Assembly: GCF_022539665.2 (NCBI RefSeq)
Contig: NC_081333.1
Location: 3,472,001 to 3,536,000 of the forward strand
Length of the DNA stretch: 64,000 bases
From: Daphnia carinata
Taxonomy: Eukaryota
Reading direction: 5' to 3'
Shown: piece by piece, positions 11,871 to 23,996 of the stretch
How the letters are laid out: the number at the start of each line of letters is the position of its first letter
How positions within the stretch are numbered: position 1 is the first letter of the stretch
Translations under genes and position numbers: made by a program
Notes under the pieces: generated by a model
What the model was told of the DNA's origin: nothing
What the model saw: only the letters and a program-made list of their open reading frames with translations
Database searches by the model: none

Positions 11871-12423
11871 ACAATTTTGATAAAGTCGTCCTCCAGGTAA
11901 GCCATTTCTCGAAACTGTTTTTTTTTTTATGATTTTAAAATATCTATTGGGTTTGCTTCAGGTTACAGAAAAAGATGTACCTCAATACATAACATCATTC
12001 GAAGAGGCCGGCCTGCGCCAACTACTACGTCAAAACATTAAGAATTCTGGCTACGTAAAACCAACACCTGTTCAGAAAGCTTCAGTTGCAGTTATTGTTG
12101 CCAAAAGAGATTTAATTGCTTGTGCTGTCACGGGCTCCGGCAAAACGGTAATCTAAATAATTAACGCTGTGTAATTTTGAAACCTTGATGCCCTCGTACT
12201 GACTTGATTCGAATGGGTCGGTTTGAACTGAATAAGTTGAAGTAAAAGTAATTTTGAGTGGGCACGCCGGTAATAGCGACTACTAAAAAGTCGAATTGCA
12301 TCTAAGATACTCAACAAACCCTTCGTGATATTCGTTGATTAAGTCTTCTAAAATTTAACATTTTTTCTTGCAGGCGGCGTACTTGGTACCGGTTTTGAAC
12401 ATATTGTTAGAACGAGGTGTTGC
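11871..12423 (+). pseudogene. vas: vasa-like DEAD-box helicase fragment (Q motif/motif I), truncated, introns retained
   Basis: [28 protein letters not shown]...[27 protein letters not shown]; similarity ends abruptly at ~12423. Confidence 0.8.
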
Positions 12424-13979
12424 GAAACATCCGACCGACTTTCTCCGATTACGTATCTGCTGAAAGGTAGTATGTCGTTTTATCGGACATACAAGCTAAA
12501 GAAATAAAGTAAGATAAAACGGGGGAGGGGGTTTAAAAATTATAAAACATGCTTCTCTGTTTGGGTCGATGCGACTTTTACTTATTCGATGGAACATGCC
12601 ATTTCGAATGTGCCGATGGTTCGTGTTTATGGTAAAACTGGTGCACCTTAGCTGATTACCATTCTTCCTTAGGCAATGTCTTGTTTCTTACTCGTCCTTT
12701 ATTTCTCGCAATTCCTTTCGGACAGCATCTAGCATGAGAAACTTTCACAGGGGAAATAGATTATCCGCTAATTTCTCTGGGATACTTTCAACATGTTTTA
12801 TACTTTCTATATTCTATCGTTTGACTGAAAGGACTGGCGCAGAAAACTCATGTTTTTTTTTTGTCATTTTCTTTGTTAAATTGTATAAGCGCAAAGGGCA
12901 CACAGGTGTTTGCAATACGCCCAATACCGAACCGCTTAGGTTTTAAATGAAAATTACTATGTCCTGTGGTTTTGAATCACTATATGGCTACGTATTTGTA
13001 TGTATTTTCATGGGAATATCTGTTTTTTAATAAACAATTTGTTCCCCGATTCCTTTTTTATTCGTATTTATTGTTGTTGTAAACAAAATAACTAGATGTC
13101 GCTGGTGTGCTTCCAAAATGGTGTTGTGATTACGTGTGACAGTGGTGTGAGCAGTGAAATCTGTGTTTGAAAGTTTTTGTTAAAATGTTTTATTACAGTG
13201 GAAAGTTAGAAAACTAACTGCTATTAAGTGTTTTATTCCCTGTGAAGTTTTTGGAAGTGAAGCATACTAAATAGTTCATTTTTTATGTAACGGGCAGTCT
13301 TGCAAGCTACCAATTCCAAACAGTGACAGATTGCTCTGCTACAAAACTATGACCTTAGCGTTCCAACATGCTCCTCTGTTGCCCCTTTTAGAGGTATTTT
13401 ACTTGTACATGGCCCTTAGTATACCATTTGCCATGATTCTGACTTGAAGATCTAGCTTGTGAAACTTGCAACGGAAAAGATTCTAACCAGGAGGAAGGTC
13501 ACCAACAAAGTGAATTTTTGGAATCAATTAACCACTATCAAATTCGACTACCCTTTGCCCCAGTCATCAGAATCAGTTTTGTTCTGATAAATGCATCATG
13601 CTGCTCTTTGTTTGGTTTCCAACGATTAACCACTACAAATCAACACACACAGACATGGACATCAAAACCAATCCCTTTTGGTATTTTATGTTTGAGATTT
13701 ATCTAGTATTGCTTTTTAAAAATTGAATTTCCCATTGTAGGGCTGGCAAGCTTTCAAGTTCTTCAGCAAAATTACCAGCCCTGCAACTCTTGCAGTCTTC
13801 GAACAACAGGCTTAAGTAATGGTGTTCCCTGTTATAATTACACCAATAATCTTATATTCCACATATTCCACATGTCATAGCACTTTTTCTTCACATTTGT
13901 TATTTAGAACTATGCCATCATCTTCATTCTCGCGCAAAATTGAAACAAAAATTCTAAGTTTTGCCCGTTCTTCCTTTCA

Positions 13980-14275
13980 TCATCCGTCGTCACCAAGCTT
14001 TTCGCCCTGTCCGTCGCCCAGTCATCGCTTCACCCTTCGCCCTGTCTTCGCCTCGCCCGTCGCCTCGCCCGTCGCCTCGCACCGTCTTCGCCTTGCCCGT
14101 CGACCCGTCTTCGCCTCGCCCCGTCTTCGCCTCGCCCGTCGCCCCGTCTTCGCCTCGCCCGTCGCCCCGTCTACGCCTCGCCGGTCATCCCTTCTTCGCC
14201 TCGTGGTCGCCCCGCCTCCGCTTCGCCCGCCATCCCGTCTTCGCTTCGTGGTCGCCGCGTCTTCGCCTCGTCGTT
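13980..14275. repeat. GC-rich degenerate tandem repeat (units resembling GTCTTCGCCTCGCCC)
   Basis: Repeated CGTCTTCGCCTCGCCC/CGTCGCC units in otherwise AT-rich DNA; these explain the spurious ORFs in several frames. Confidence 0.8.
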
Positions 14276-14750
14276 TTGGTATTGTGTGTGTTTTGCAATG
14301 TTTATTGTTAACTAACCCGTTGGCTGCCACCCACCTTTTATCCCCTTTTTTTTTGTAGCTTGACAGGGACGGGCCGCGCTGTTCTGCTCCATGGTCTATC
14401 TGCCATGGGGTGGAGCAGCGCCACTGCCCAAGATTGGCCGAACGGCCCTTTTAGGCAATGCACCATAGGGAATCCCTTGTTTGAGACGGCGATGTAGACC
14501 TGGGATGTGCATTTCCGTAAAGGTCTCATCGCCGTTTCAGCCCGGACTGTCCTCAGTCCCCCTAGGTCGCTATCCTTTAGATAGCGATGTAGCTATAGTA
14601 GATATTAGTGGCGTGGCAGCCAACGTGTTAGTTAAGTGTATTGGTATGTATTGTATGTTGTATTATGTGGAATATGTATAGTGGTGGATTTGTGGGTGGA
14701 AGGAGGGAAAATAAATTGCTTTGTAACATTATTTATTTAGTTGTTTTATT

Positions 14751-14818
14751 GACTGACATGGGGATCGAACCCAAGTATTCTAGCATGCTAATCAGTAGCT
14801 TTGCCATTATGCCATCTA
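14751..14818 (-). pseudogene. Degenerate tRNA-derived sequence (Ala-like; tRNA pseudogene or SINE head)
   Basis: Minus strand has an A-box TGGCATAATGG, TTAGCATG in the anticodon position and a B-box GGTTCGATCCC, but the stems pair poorly. Confidence 0.5.
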
Positions 14819-14909
14819 TAACTTGTTAATATCATGATAGGCATTCCATAATAACCTAATGACGAGCTTATTTTAACAAACGCATCAAAATCTAAACTAA
14901 TATTTGTAA

Positions 14910-14980
14910 GGACAGTCATGGCGCAATGGTAGCGCGCTGTGCTGGAATGATATAGGTTTGTGGTTCAAATCCCAGATAAA
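14910..14980 (+). pseudogene. Degenerate tRNA-derived sequence (tRNA pseudogene or SINE head)
   Basis: A-box TGGCGCAATGG (14919-14929) and B-box GGTTCAAATCC (14962-14972) at tRNA-like spacing; the acceptor stem does not pair. Confidence 0.5.
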
Positions 14981-15817
14981 CAATGGAAACAATGCATACG
15001 AGACAAAGTGTCATACAAGGTGGATTGAACAAGCTAAATAAAAAAAATATTGATAAATGTAATATGTGAAAATAACGCACATAGACAATGAAAGAAACAA
15101 CCTTTGCAAAAAATATTTTATAAAAAAAATTGTATTGACAATTCTCGGCACATCAGAATTATTTTTGCAACTTTAAAAAGGCAAAATAGCCCTTTCAAAA
15201 GTTGCCGTCAACCCAGGCAGGGGGAGACACTGCCTTGTTGACCCACTGGGGAGATTACCCAGTGATTGGCTAAGAGAAGCCAGAAGAAGAGCCGAAGATA
15301 TGGAACATTTTTACTGGAGCGATTAACCTTTAGTTCGGATTTGTGGGTAGCCACGTCGCCCTCCGTGAACACATCATCGGACTAAGCGGACCCCCACGTC
15401 CCCTTTCCGGCCAGAGCCCTCCAAACCTCGGTATATGTTATTTTTATATATACCGTACAGTAGGGGCATGACCCCCTACGGGCTTATTACGAGTCAAGGG
15501 GAAACGGGGCTACGGAAAGGAAGGGAGCCCAGATATGCACTTCAATTTTTGAATTTTAAATACCGTTTGGGGAATTAATATAGTGTAGAACTTCCATGTA
15601 GTGTATCCAAACATAATAATTTATTCAGGATCTTGCCCCAAACAAGAAACCTTTTCACATCAAAATTTATTGTTCATCTATAATAAGACAGTAAAACACC
15701 ATTAGGCATAAAAACTCTTAATTCACATATATAGTTTATACCTTACATGATTCGTGAGTTGATTGCGAGCATATTCTTCTGTCAGAAACTTCGGAAGAAA
15801 CATATACGATTTTCGTT

Positions 15818-17140
15818 TACGATCACCATGGATGCTGGTAGACTAGACATTTAAAGTTGAGACACTTTGCCCAATTCCAACAGTTTTGATTCTTACTTGT
15901 AAGTTGTTATTGCACGAGAATGCAGCGACGAAATCCGCGGTCTTTTTGCTGTCGACAAAAACGATAGTCTTGGCATCACCGAGATCTTGTAAAACTTCAA
16001 TCAGCTTAGCTCTCTTATCTCTTTTCGAGCACTGAAAAAAAAAACAGCTGTTCAACATCCGGATTGGTGCCACCGACAATGCCTGTTGTGACGAATATGC
16101 AGTCTTCCATGTACGTCGCAGCCAGCGCTAGTACTTCGTCTGGGAATGTAGCCGAAAACATACGAACACGACGGATTCCCTACAGAGAAACAAATAGTAT
16201 TACATCAGTCGAATCTCACACCCAAAAGCCATCTAGAACATACTTTCGGATGCATCGTTGGATGATTGACAATTTTTTAGACATTGGGACCAAAACCCAT
16301 ATCAAGCATTCGATCAGCTTCATCCAAAATTTAAAATCTGACTCCCGAGATGTCAAATACTCCACGGCCGAGAAAATCCTTGAATCACTCCGCGATCGCG
16401 ACAAGAATATTGCACCCAGCTTGAAGATTTGACCGCTGATGACTGGTTACAATTCCTCCATATATAATCACAGATTTAAAAACCGAACTGTAGGAGAATT
16501 TTACACGCCTCGCGGTGAATCCGAATGGCCAATTCACGGGTGGTGCGACAATTACAATTTCTGGCTTTTGCCCCATGGCATGAGACGCACCAGCAACACC
16601 TTGTTCTAACAATATGTTCAAAACCGGTACCAAGTACGCCGCCTGCAAGAAAAAATGTTAAATTTTAGAAGACTTAATCAACGAATATCACGAAGGGTTT
16701 GTTGAGTATCTTAGATGCAATTCGACTTTTTAGTAGTCGCTATTACCGGCGTGCCCACTCAAAATTACTTTTACTTCAACTTATTCAGTTCAAACCGACC
16801 CATTCGAATCAAGTCAGTACGAGGGCATCAAGGTTTCAAAATTACACAGCGTTAATTATTTAGATTACCGTTTTGCCGGAGCCCGTGACAGCACAAGCAA
16901 TTAAATCTCTTTTGGCAACAATAACTGCAACTGAAACTTTCTGAACAGGTGTTGGTTTTACGTAGCCAGAATTATTAATGTTTTGACGTAGTAGTTGGCG
17001 CAGGCCGGCCTCTTCGAATGATGTTATGTATTGAGGTACATCTTTTTCTGTAACCTGAAGCAAACCCAATAGATATTTTAAAATCATAAAAAAAAACAGT
17101 TTCGAGAAATGGCTTACCTGGAGGACGACTTTATCAAAAT
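15818..17140 (-). pseudogene. vas: vasa-like DEAD-box helicase pseudogene (Q motif to HGDR), introns retained, with frameshifts and stops
   Basis: PTPVQK...AVTGSGKT; frameshift at motif Ia; SVIIYGG; in-frame stops around ILDEADRMLDMGFGP (16326-16290); MFSATFPDEV; TIVFVDSKKTADF; STSIHGDR, then truncated. Confidence 0.88.
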
Positions 17141-18951
17141 TGTTAAGGCGTACCCAAAGACGATGCCCTCAAACAGTTCCTTTTCATAGCATATCACAGC
17201 TTCCAGACTGCATTGATCATGAGGCTTTCCATCTTCCATGGAGCTGCAACATCAGGATCCCATGTATCCTACACAACATACTTTTTCATCAAATTGAACT
17301 AACAGAGCTCAATAAGATCCCTGAACAGCATAAAAAAAAGGTAGATTTAAGTGATCATGACTTGTCAATCATAGATTAGTACCACCAGCCAATTACGCAG
17401 ACAGCAACAGAGTTGCTGTTTTGTAAATAAAAATATCAATTTGATTTAATGATCTGCTTTGTTTGCATCAGTTGTTCACCGATAATTGGAAGATAGCTCA
17501 TTGAATGTTTCATTCATTTCTGTTTTTCTGCTGTTGTTTGTAGATTCACAAGATTTTTTTCTCTCAGTTCTCTGGCGGTTAATAGACAAACATTCCTTTC
17601 ATACCTAAATAGTCCATGTATGATGTTCATGCCTGCAATGGCAGCAAAGTAAAACATCTTTAGGGCCATTGAAGTACCCTGTTTCACCAACACTCTGAAT
17701 GTAAAGGACAAGTTGTTCTTTAGCCAGAGAAGCAGAATTATTTGAGGCTTCTAGCTGTGACAGAACTATAAAGGATTGCTGTTGTATCGGATTCATTAAC
17801 ACAAGATGGTACTTCTCATTAGATAATTTGCATTGCTCGATTATTTTACCTCACACCTTAATGGTAATGCACTCTCAGTGTTTTTTCAACTATAGGCTGG
17901 CTCTTCCATCCTGTAACACTCCCAGACTTGGCTTGATCCCCAGCTAAAATTCTGTGAATGCAAAATAATAGAATTAAAAATACTTTTTCGATAGACAAAA
18001 AACCGAAAAGTACCTAATCCATGTTTTATGTTGAACTCATGCCATTTCTGGGTTTCCGTACCACACCCATTTTTGGCCCAAATACGGTCCCACAATTGTT
18101 CAGTTCCTTCGCTGCATGGACTTATTACTAAAAATTCTTTTAGTGCAGCACTAACAGAATTTAAATTTAACACACAGTCAGGTGGTGGACTGAATAACTA
18201 AACAATAAATAATTCTTTGTTAAAATTCTATAGTTATTTTGAATTCTTATTTGAAAAGTTTAGGTACCTGACTGTGTTCGCCTAATGCCAACTCATCCTC
18301 ACATTCAGTTAGGGGGGAGTTTGGAAAACCTCCTTCACTGTTTGGAAAGTGTCCCATTCTAATTTGTTTTTTTTCAGTAACTGAGCATGTAGACTCAAAA
18401 TTTGGGCTAAAAAACACAAATGAATAAAAGAACACAAATACAATCATTATGTATTACCATCCTTAGTTTTGTTGTTATCAAATATTGTGTGCTGTTCCAA
18501 TAATTGAGTCTGCAGGTTCATAATTTGGTCTAATAAACAATAAACAATAATTGAAAACCAATATAATAATGTTTATACTTACCATCCTTATCTTTTATTA
18601 TCTTATCCATTTTTAAATATTTTTCTCCAGCCACGCGTTTTTCTCCAGCCACACTACTCAACTAACTGCTATTGGGATCCAATGGACTAATATTGCCTAC
18701 ATGCCTGTAAAAACGAGTCTGACCGGTAGATGGCTACGAGGAGAAAAAAAAGAAAAAAGTGTGATTTTTTTTTTTTTTGGGTCAAACGGATTGCCATAAT
18801 GGAAATCTGAAATGGTGAGAGGATACTTTCTCATTATTTTCATTCCACAAACAGCCAACTTTTGTTTCTGCTTATTGTTTCTTGGTAATGCACACATCGA
18901 CTAATCCATTTATCTTGCAGGCACTGAACAACTTGTACCACTAAAACTTTA

Positions 18952-19081
18952 TTCTCCAGGCGAGGTTCGAACTCGCGACCTCGGCATTGCTTTTTGCTAT
19001 GCACCTCACTAAATTCTCTATTAGCAACATGCAGATACTGCCATATAAGTACCATGCGCTAACCAACTACGCTACTGGAGA
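18952..19081 (-). tRNA. tRNA-Ile (TAT) with ~56 nt intron (19043-18988)
   Basis: TCTCCAGTAGCGTAGTTGGTTAGCGCATGGTACTTATA-[intron]-ATGCCGAGGTCGCGAGTTCGAACCTCGCCTGGAGAA matches the metazoan intron-containing tRNA-Ile(UAU). Confidence 0.9.
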
Positions 19082-19232
19082 TATATAACCGTCATATTGG
19101 CATAAAACGACATCAAGTGAACAGAATAAGTTTTGATGTCGGCTGCATGATGACAGCTAATCGGATATACTTTGGAGGCCAATGTACTAAATCAAAAAAG
19201 ATTGGGTATGTATTTTGATTTTAACAAAACAA

Positions 19233-19358
19233 TTCTACAGGCGAGGCTCGAACTCGCGACCTCGGCATTGCTTCTTGAACAACTTATCATCTGTTGATTA
19301 GTGTCACATAATTACTGACATATAAGTACCATGCGCTAACCAACTGCGCTACTGGAGA
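19233..19358 (-). tRNA. tRNA-Ile (TAT) with ~52 nt intron; variant, possibly a pseudogene
   Basis: Tandem copy of the previous tRNA with a different intron, an acceptor-stem mismatch (3' strand CTGTAGA) and T-loop TTCGAGC. Confidence 0.75.
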
Positions 19359-19698
19359 TGAATGTTCTAACTCTATCTCTACCTAGCATACAACAAAAAT
19401 TGAAATGCAAGAATTTCCCAGTTCAATCTTGTTTATTAGATTTAAAGCTGGTGTTTTCAACATGCGATAAAGCGTATAATAATAATGTCATTGGTACAAA
19501 ATGTTAAAGGATAATAGTTGTCAGTGTAATTTTGATTTCTTGAAAACTACCAAGTTGCTGGTGCAAGCTACTCATCTCTTCTATCTAGATCGACGAGTGC
19601 GTTCAGGAAACTTCATTACTGGAACCTTAACATCCGAGAAGTAAAATACCTGATTAGTATCGCATTCAAGAAGCATAACACAAATGCCAGCAGTACTT

Positions 19699-21135
19699 TT
19701 AATGATTGTCTTTAGCAATGCCGATCTGAATTTGCTGTAGGACCCAAGCTATGGTGGAGTCAGCGACGGAAGCATCGGAACAGCCCTGGAAGTGACAAAA
19801 AATAATACAAGGAACTTACAGCATCATGCAGGATATGTAAGTATTGATTATATTCGTAACTCACGTTCTGAATTACGGAGGCCATGTCACACCCTAGAGT
19901 GAAACTTGCAGAAACGAAGTTGCCATTTGCATGAGCCTCCGTTTTATCCGCTGAGTAGGGATGAATGGAAACGATTAAAATTTCATTTTGAAAATTTGGT
20001 AGGTACACATTTACCGGATGCGCCCCGTTTAATAAAAATCGGTAAAGTTGGTGCGATTAAATTAGCCATCATACAGGACTTGAAAGATGATATAGCTGAA
20101 GACTTCTGTTCGGAAGAGAGCGTAGTATTTTCAAAGTTGCTGATATAACTATCCATGTCAAACTGACCAGTCAATTCGTCCATCTTTTTATACGGTTTGA
20201 AGAAGATTGTGTTATCATTTCCGTTTTAATGTAAAAAATGAAAATATCTTCTTACCGCTCCTGATTTCTTTAACATACAATCACTCAAAACCTGTAATTG
20301 AGACATACATCGTTAAACGTACATCTGAGTAATCTATGTTGGAACAAAATTTGTTGCAGTTTTGCTTTTAAATATTAAACGGTTGTCTCCAACATTTAAC
20401 GGTGCATAAAAGAAAAAGTACACAAATTAACGAATTTATTTTTACCTTGTCATGTTCGTCTTCGTCGCAAATGAATTTGTCTGAATCAGATTTGTTAATC
20501 CCATCAACACTATGGTCTAGTAACGTTGGAGGGTTTCACATGATGTGAATAGAGCAAGTTATGATAGTACTTAAAAGTAAATTGCATGTTCAAACAAATG
20601 GCATTTACCTCGAAGAGGACCAATATTCACTGCAGCGTGCGTGGATGTGTTCAATTTAGATGTTGTTTCTTCCTCGCAAGCCTTCAACGTCGACCAAACA
20701 TCATCGGGAACGCAGCGAAACTGGAATGTAAATGATAGCAAGTATCTCTTCATTTTCAGTAAAATTTCTTAGTTATTATTTTTGTATACCACTAAGCGTG
20801 CGAATTCAGGAGAGTCAAAGTTCGCCGGCTTACTACCTTTAACGACGGTTGAACAAAACCGGTTGTAATCTTTATTAATTTACTATTTAATGGGTCAAAT
20901 TATTTATATGGAAACCCAAGTTTACCAGCTTGTGCAGATTCCAATAGGCCTTTAGGCGCCTCACGCGTTTGCAGGATTCCTCCATTCGGATAAGACTTAA
21001 CATTTTTTAAGATTACAGATAATTTTTTTCAATTAACAAAGCGACGCGCAAAATTATGGAAATACCAAAGTTTTAACTTACGAATACGAAGTTAACGTAA
21101 ACGACAGCAAATACAAGAACAAGATGGAATTTCAT
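19699..21135 (-). CDS. Secreted Cys-patterned protein, paralogue A (OBP-like segment)
   Basis: About nine short exons: MKFHLVLVFAVVYVNFVF|...|FRCVPDDVWSTLKACEEE...|VLSDCMLKKSGA|MDELTGQFDMD...LSSEQKSSAISSFKSCM...|...LGCDMASVIQN|GCS. The 3' end is uncertain. Confidence 0.7.
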
Positions 21136-22147
21136 TTTTAATCTAAATCGCTGGGAGTTGGGAGAAGTACTGCCTACTAAACAAGCACAACTGTTCGCTT
21201 TTTATACGACACTTGCTGATGATGCGAACCATTGAAATGAATTTCCCTTTTCATTCAATACGGTGATTCATCTCCTATAATGCTGACGCCCATTTTTCGA
21301 TTTTGGGACAACCTTTGCAAACCTGAACGGTTAACACCAAAATGTAAGCAAACTAGCATGAATCTCAAAACGAATTGTCCTCAGTAGTTACAGGCCTTTT
21401 TCATTTAAACGTTTTCTGTTCGGTCGTAACATCAATTAGAAATACAAAGGGGACAGTCCTTCCTTTCGGCTATTTAATATATTTACAGCTCTCTTCAAAA
21501 TCCTTTCCCCTCTATAAGAAAAAAGGAAATTGGACGCAGACGAAGTTCTACCCAATTCACAAGTGAAAGAAAACATAATTCAGTTGCAGAATAGACTACA
21601 ATACTTCATAATAGTTTAAAACTTCAATTCGCGAATACTCTGCTAAATAGTGGAACACGGAACGACCAAAGTAAATAGATAAGAAAATCGTCTAGAAGTA
21701 TACCGAACTTTTGTATGGGTCAAGGACTTCTTGCAAGAGATTTTCAAAGGCACGTGTCAATGTCAAGCTCCAAGACTAAAATGACTTTCGTAACGCACAG
21801 GAAAGGTTTTACACCTTTTCGTGTTTACGCACTCTTCCTTTTCGCTTTCACGTGGCATTTCCGAGAAGCAAATCACGGGGAAGGGTACGCAAAATGTCAG
21901 GTCAAGAAAATTACTATATCAAATTGTACACTCATCCCCTCTTTGCCACATCAAACGCATTTGAAACGAAAAGATAGCAAAATAAAATTAGATTTTTTAA
22001 TATGCTGTATTCAGGTAATATTTCATTACACCACCGGAAATATTGTATATTATGCATTCCACTTTATATAAGAAAGTAGTAAATTTGAAGCAAATTCCCA
22101 TTGTTTGCTAGTTAATTTTTTCTTTCAAAGACATTTCTGTTCCGTGT

Positions 22148-23415
22148 TTATGTCAAGGGGTGTCGAAGTACGCCTTTTTTAAGTTGATCGTCATCGTCAT
22201 TATCCTGCAAAGGACACTTTCAAAGTTATTTCAAACTAAAAATTGGTTCTAAAATACTTTTTAAAATACACGAGATGAATCTTCGTCCGAGGAATTGTCA
22301 TCGTCTGAATTAACTGGAGCAACAACTAAAGCAGCCATGGGTGAAGCGCTGGAACATCCCTGCAAAATGATTAAACCATTAAATGGAAAATATAAAGCAG
22401 TTGGCATTTAAAGATAGAATTATTTCAACTTGCGTTTTCAATAAAAGATTTAACCACGCAAACAATAGCTCGCAATGCACTGTTTCGATCGTGTTTTTTT
22501 GCGAAGTCTTCTATAGTAGAAAGCAGGTAAACAAAAAATGTTAGCAAACTACAGGTAAAACGAGAACAACTGTTATTCAACCCTTGGTCATATTTCTAGA
22601 AGCAAGCATGAAATCAGGAGGCGGTGGCAAAGTGTAGTTGGATTCTATACAAGATTTGAGGTTTCCAGATGCTAAGATCTTCTGCTCAGGTGTAAGGGAG
22701 GTTGGCTCAACGGTGAGCACATCCAACAAGGCAACATCAATAAGTCCTGTAGTGTTGTCGATCTACAAATATAGTGCCAGATGGAACAAGTTGGCAATGC
22801 AATGAATTTACAATATTCACTTACCGCGTTCATCATGTTTAAGATACAGGTGGCTGTTACCTAAAAAATGTGAGAAGTTTTAGTCTAGTTGATTAACTAT
22901 GTTCTAGAACAAAAAGAAGTGCCTATTTACCGCAGGTGTGTGATCAGGATTTCCATGAAATTGCTCTTCGCATTGTTCATGGATTGTATTTCGAGATTCT
23001 TCTGAAATACAGCTCAGCTAATACATAAATGCGAAAGTACAAAATAAAATAGAGCTACAGCGAGTTCACTCCCGACATTTACAACATTGACTTACCAATT
23101 TAGACGGTGTTAAATGTGCCGATTGGTCATCGATATCTGAGGACAGAGATATTTGATCAAGTAGAGTTATGAAAAGAAAATGTCAGGAGTTACCGTTGTG
23201 TTTCATGGATGTTGCAATTCTAGCAGCCAAGTCTAAGAAATCGTGATGACCATCATGTAACATACCGGCCCCCTGACCACGATGTGGATGAGCCTGACTA
23301 ACCTGGATTCGTGTAACAAGCTCACTTAAACGATACAGTAACTTTAGCACACTATAAGCAAAAATAATTTTACCAAGGCCAACGAAGCGATTAAGAGGAC
23401 GATGAAAACACCCAT
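22148..23415 (-). CDS. Secreted Cys-patterned protein, paralogue B
   Basis: MGVFIVLLIASLAL|VSQAHPH...|LSCISEESRNTIHEQCEEQ...|VTATCILNMMNA|IDNTTGLIDV...LTPEQKILASGNLKSCI...|...AIVCVVKSFIEN|GCS...; same exon pattern as paralogue A. Confidence 0.72.
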
Positions 23416-23650
23416 GTTCAACCTGGGATAGTTGATAAGTCTAATGGAACGCTGAATACAACAACTGGAGGCTTTTATAGCCCGGAATCTGCTTTCACCG
23501 CACGGAGTTCATACGTTACCGTACACGTATACTTCAACCACGGATGTCAACTCGATTTATATAGTCATTGTTATTGTTTTGATACAGAACCATCTTTCTT
23601 TTTTATCCTTAGTCATTTCCACATTACAGAAATGACGAAAATGATTGGTT

Positions 23651-23722
23651 TAGCAGAGCGTGGTTTCGATCCACGGACCTCTGGGTTATGGGCCCAGCAC
23701 GCTTCCGCTGCGCCACTCTGCT
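23651..23722 (-). tRNA. Initiator tRNA-Met (CAT)
   Basis: Reverse complement AGCAGAGTGGCGCAGCGGAAGCGTGCTGGGCCCATAACCCAGAGGTCCGTGGATCGAAACCACGCTCTGCTA. Confidence 0.95.
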
Positions 23723-23996
23723 TATACGTAATTGCTTCTGTTAGTTAGTCTAAACATATTTGTAATATTTTTACATGCTTTTGCAGGTGACTTCGCTGAT
23801 TAATCGCGGTATGAATATAAATTTAAAAAAAAGATTTAAGTGCGATTGTTTATTGGAAGAAAGCCGTTTTTCGAGAAAGCGTAACAAGGAAAAAGGGGTA
23901 CAGAACACGGACAATTTGTAATCATTGATGCTGGATCTTGATACATCGTTGCCATTATTACAATCGTCGGGTTGAAAAGAATTTTTTTCTATCGTG

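Larger units (their letters stand above)
10196..18798. repeat. Large inverted duplication: ~2.2 kb arms at 10196-12423 and 16593-18798, ~4.2 kb spacer
   Basis: Mirror-image ORFs on opposite strands (e.g. 10837-11127+ vs 17886-18173-, 11211-11408+ vs 17605-17802-, 11929-12156+ vs 16860-17087-) and near-identical DNA. Differences concentrate at the outer ends. Confidence 0.95.

Noticed and set aside
13819..14358. 179, 116 and 102 aa Arg/Pro/Ser-rich ORFs
   Set aside because: By-products of a GC-rich low-complexity repeat that is open in several frames; no domain or gene structure.
12424..15817. Inversion spacer as an intact DNA transposon
   Set aside because: No terminal inverted repeats, target-site duplication or transposase ORF found by eye.
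21215..21240. CTGATGA...GAAA as a hammerhead ribozyme core
   Set aside because: No convincing stems; CTGATGA-like words near gene starts in this window are mostly the reverse complement of the initiator TCATCAG.
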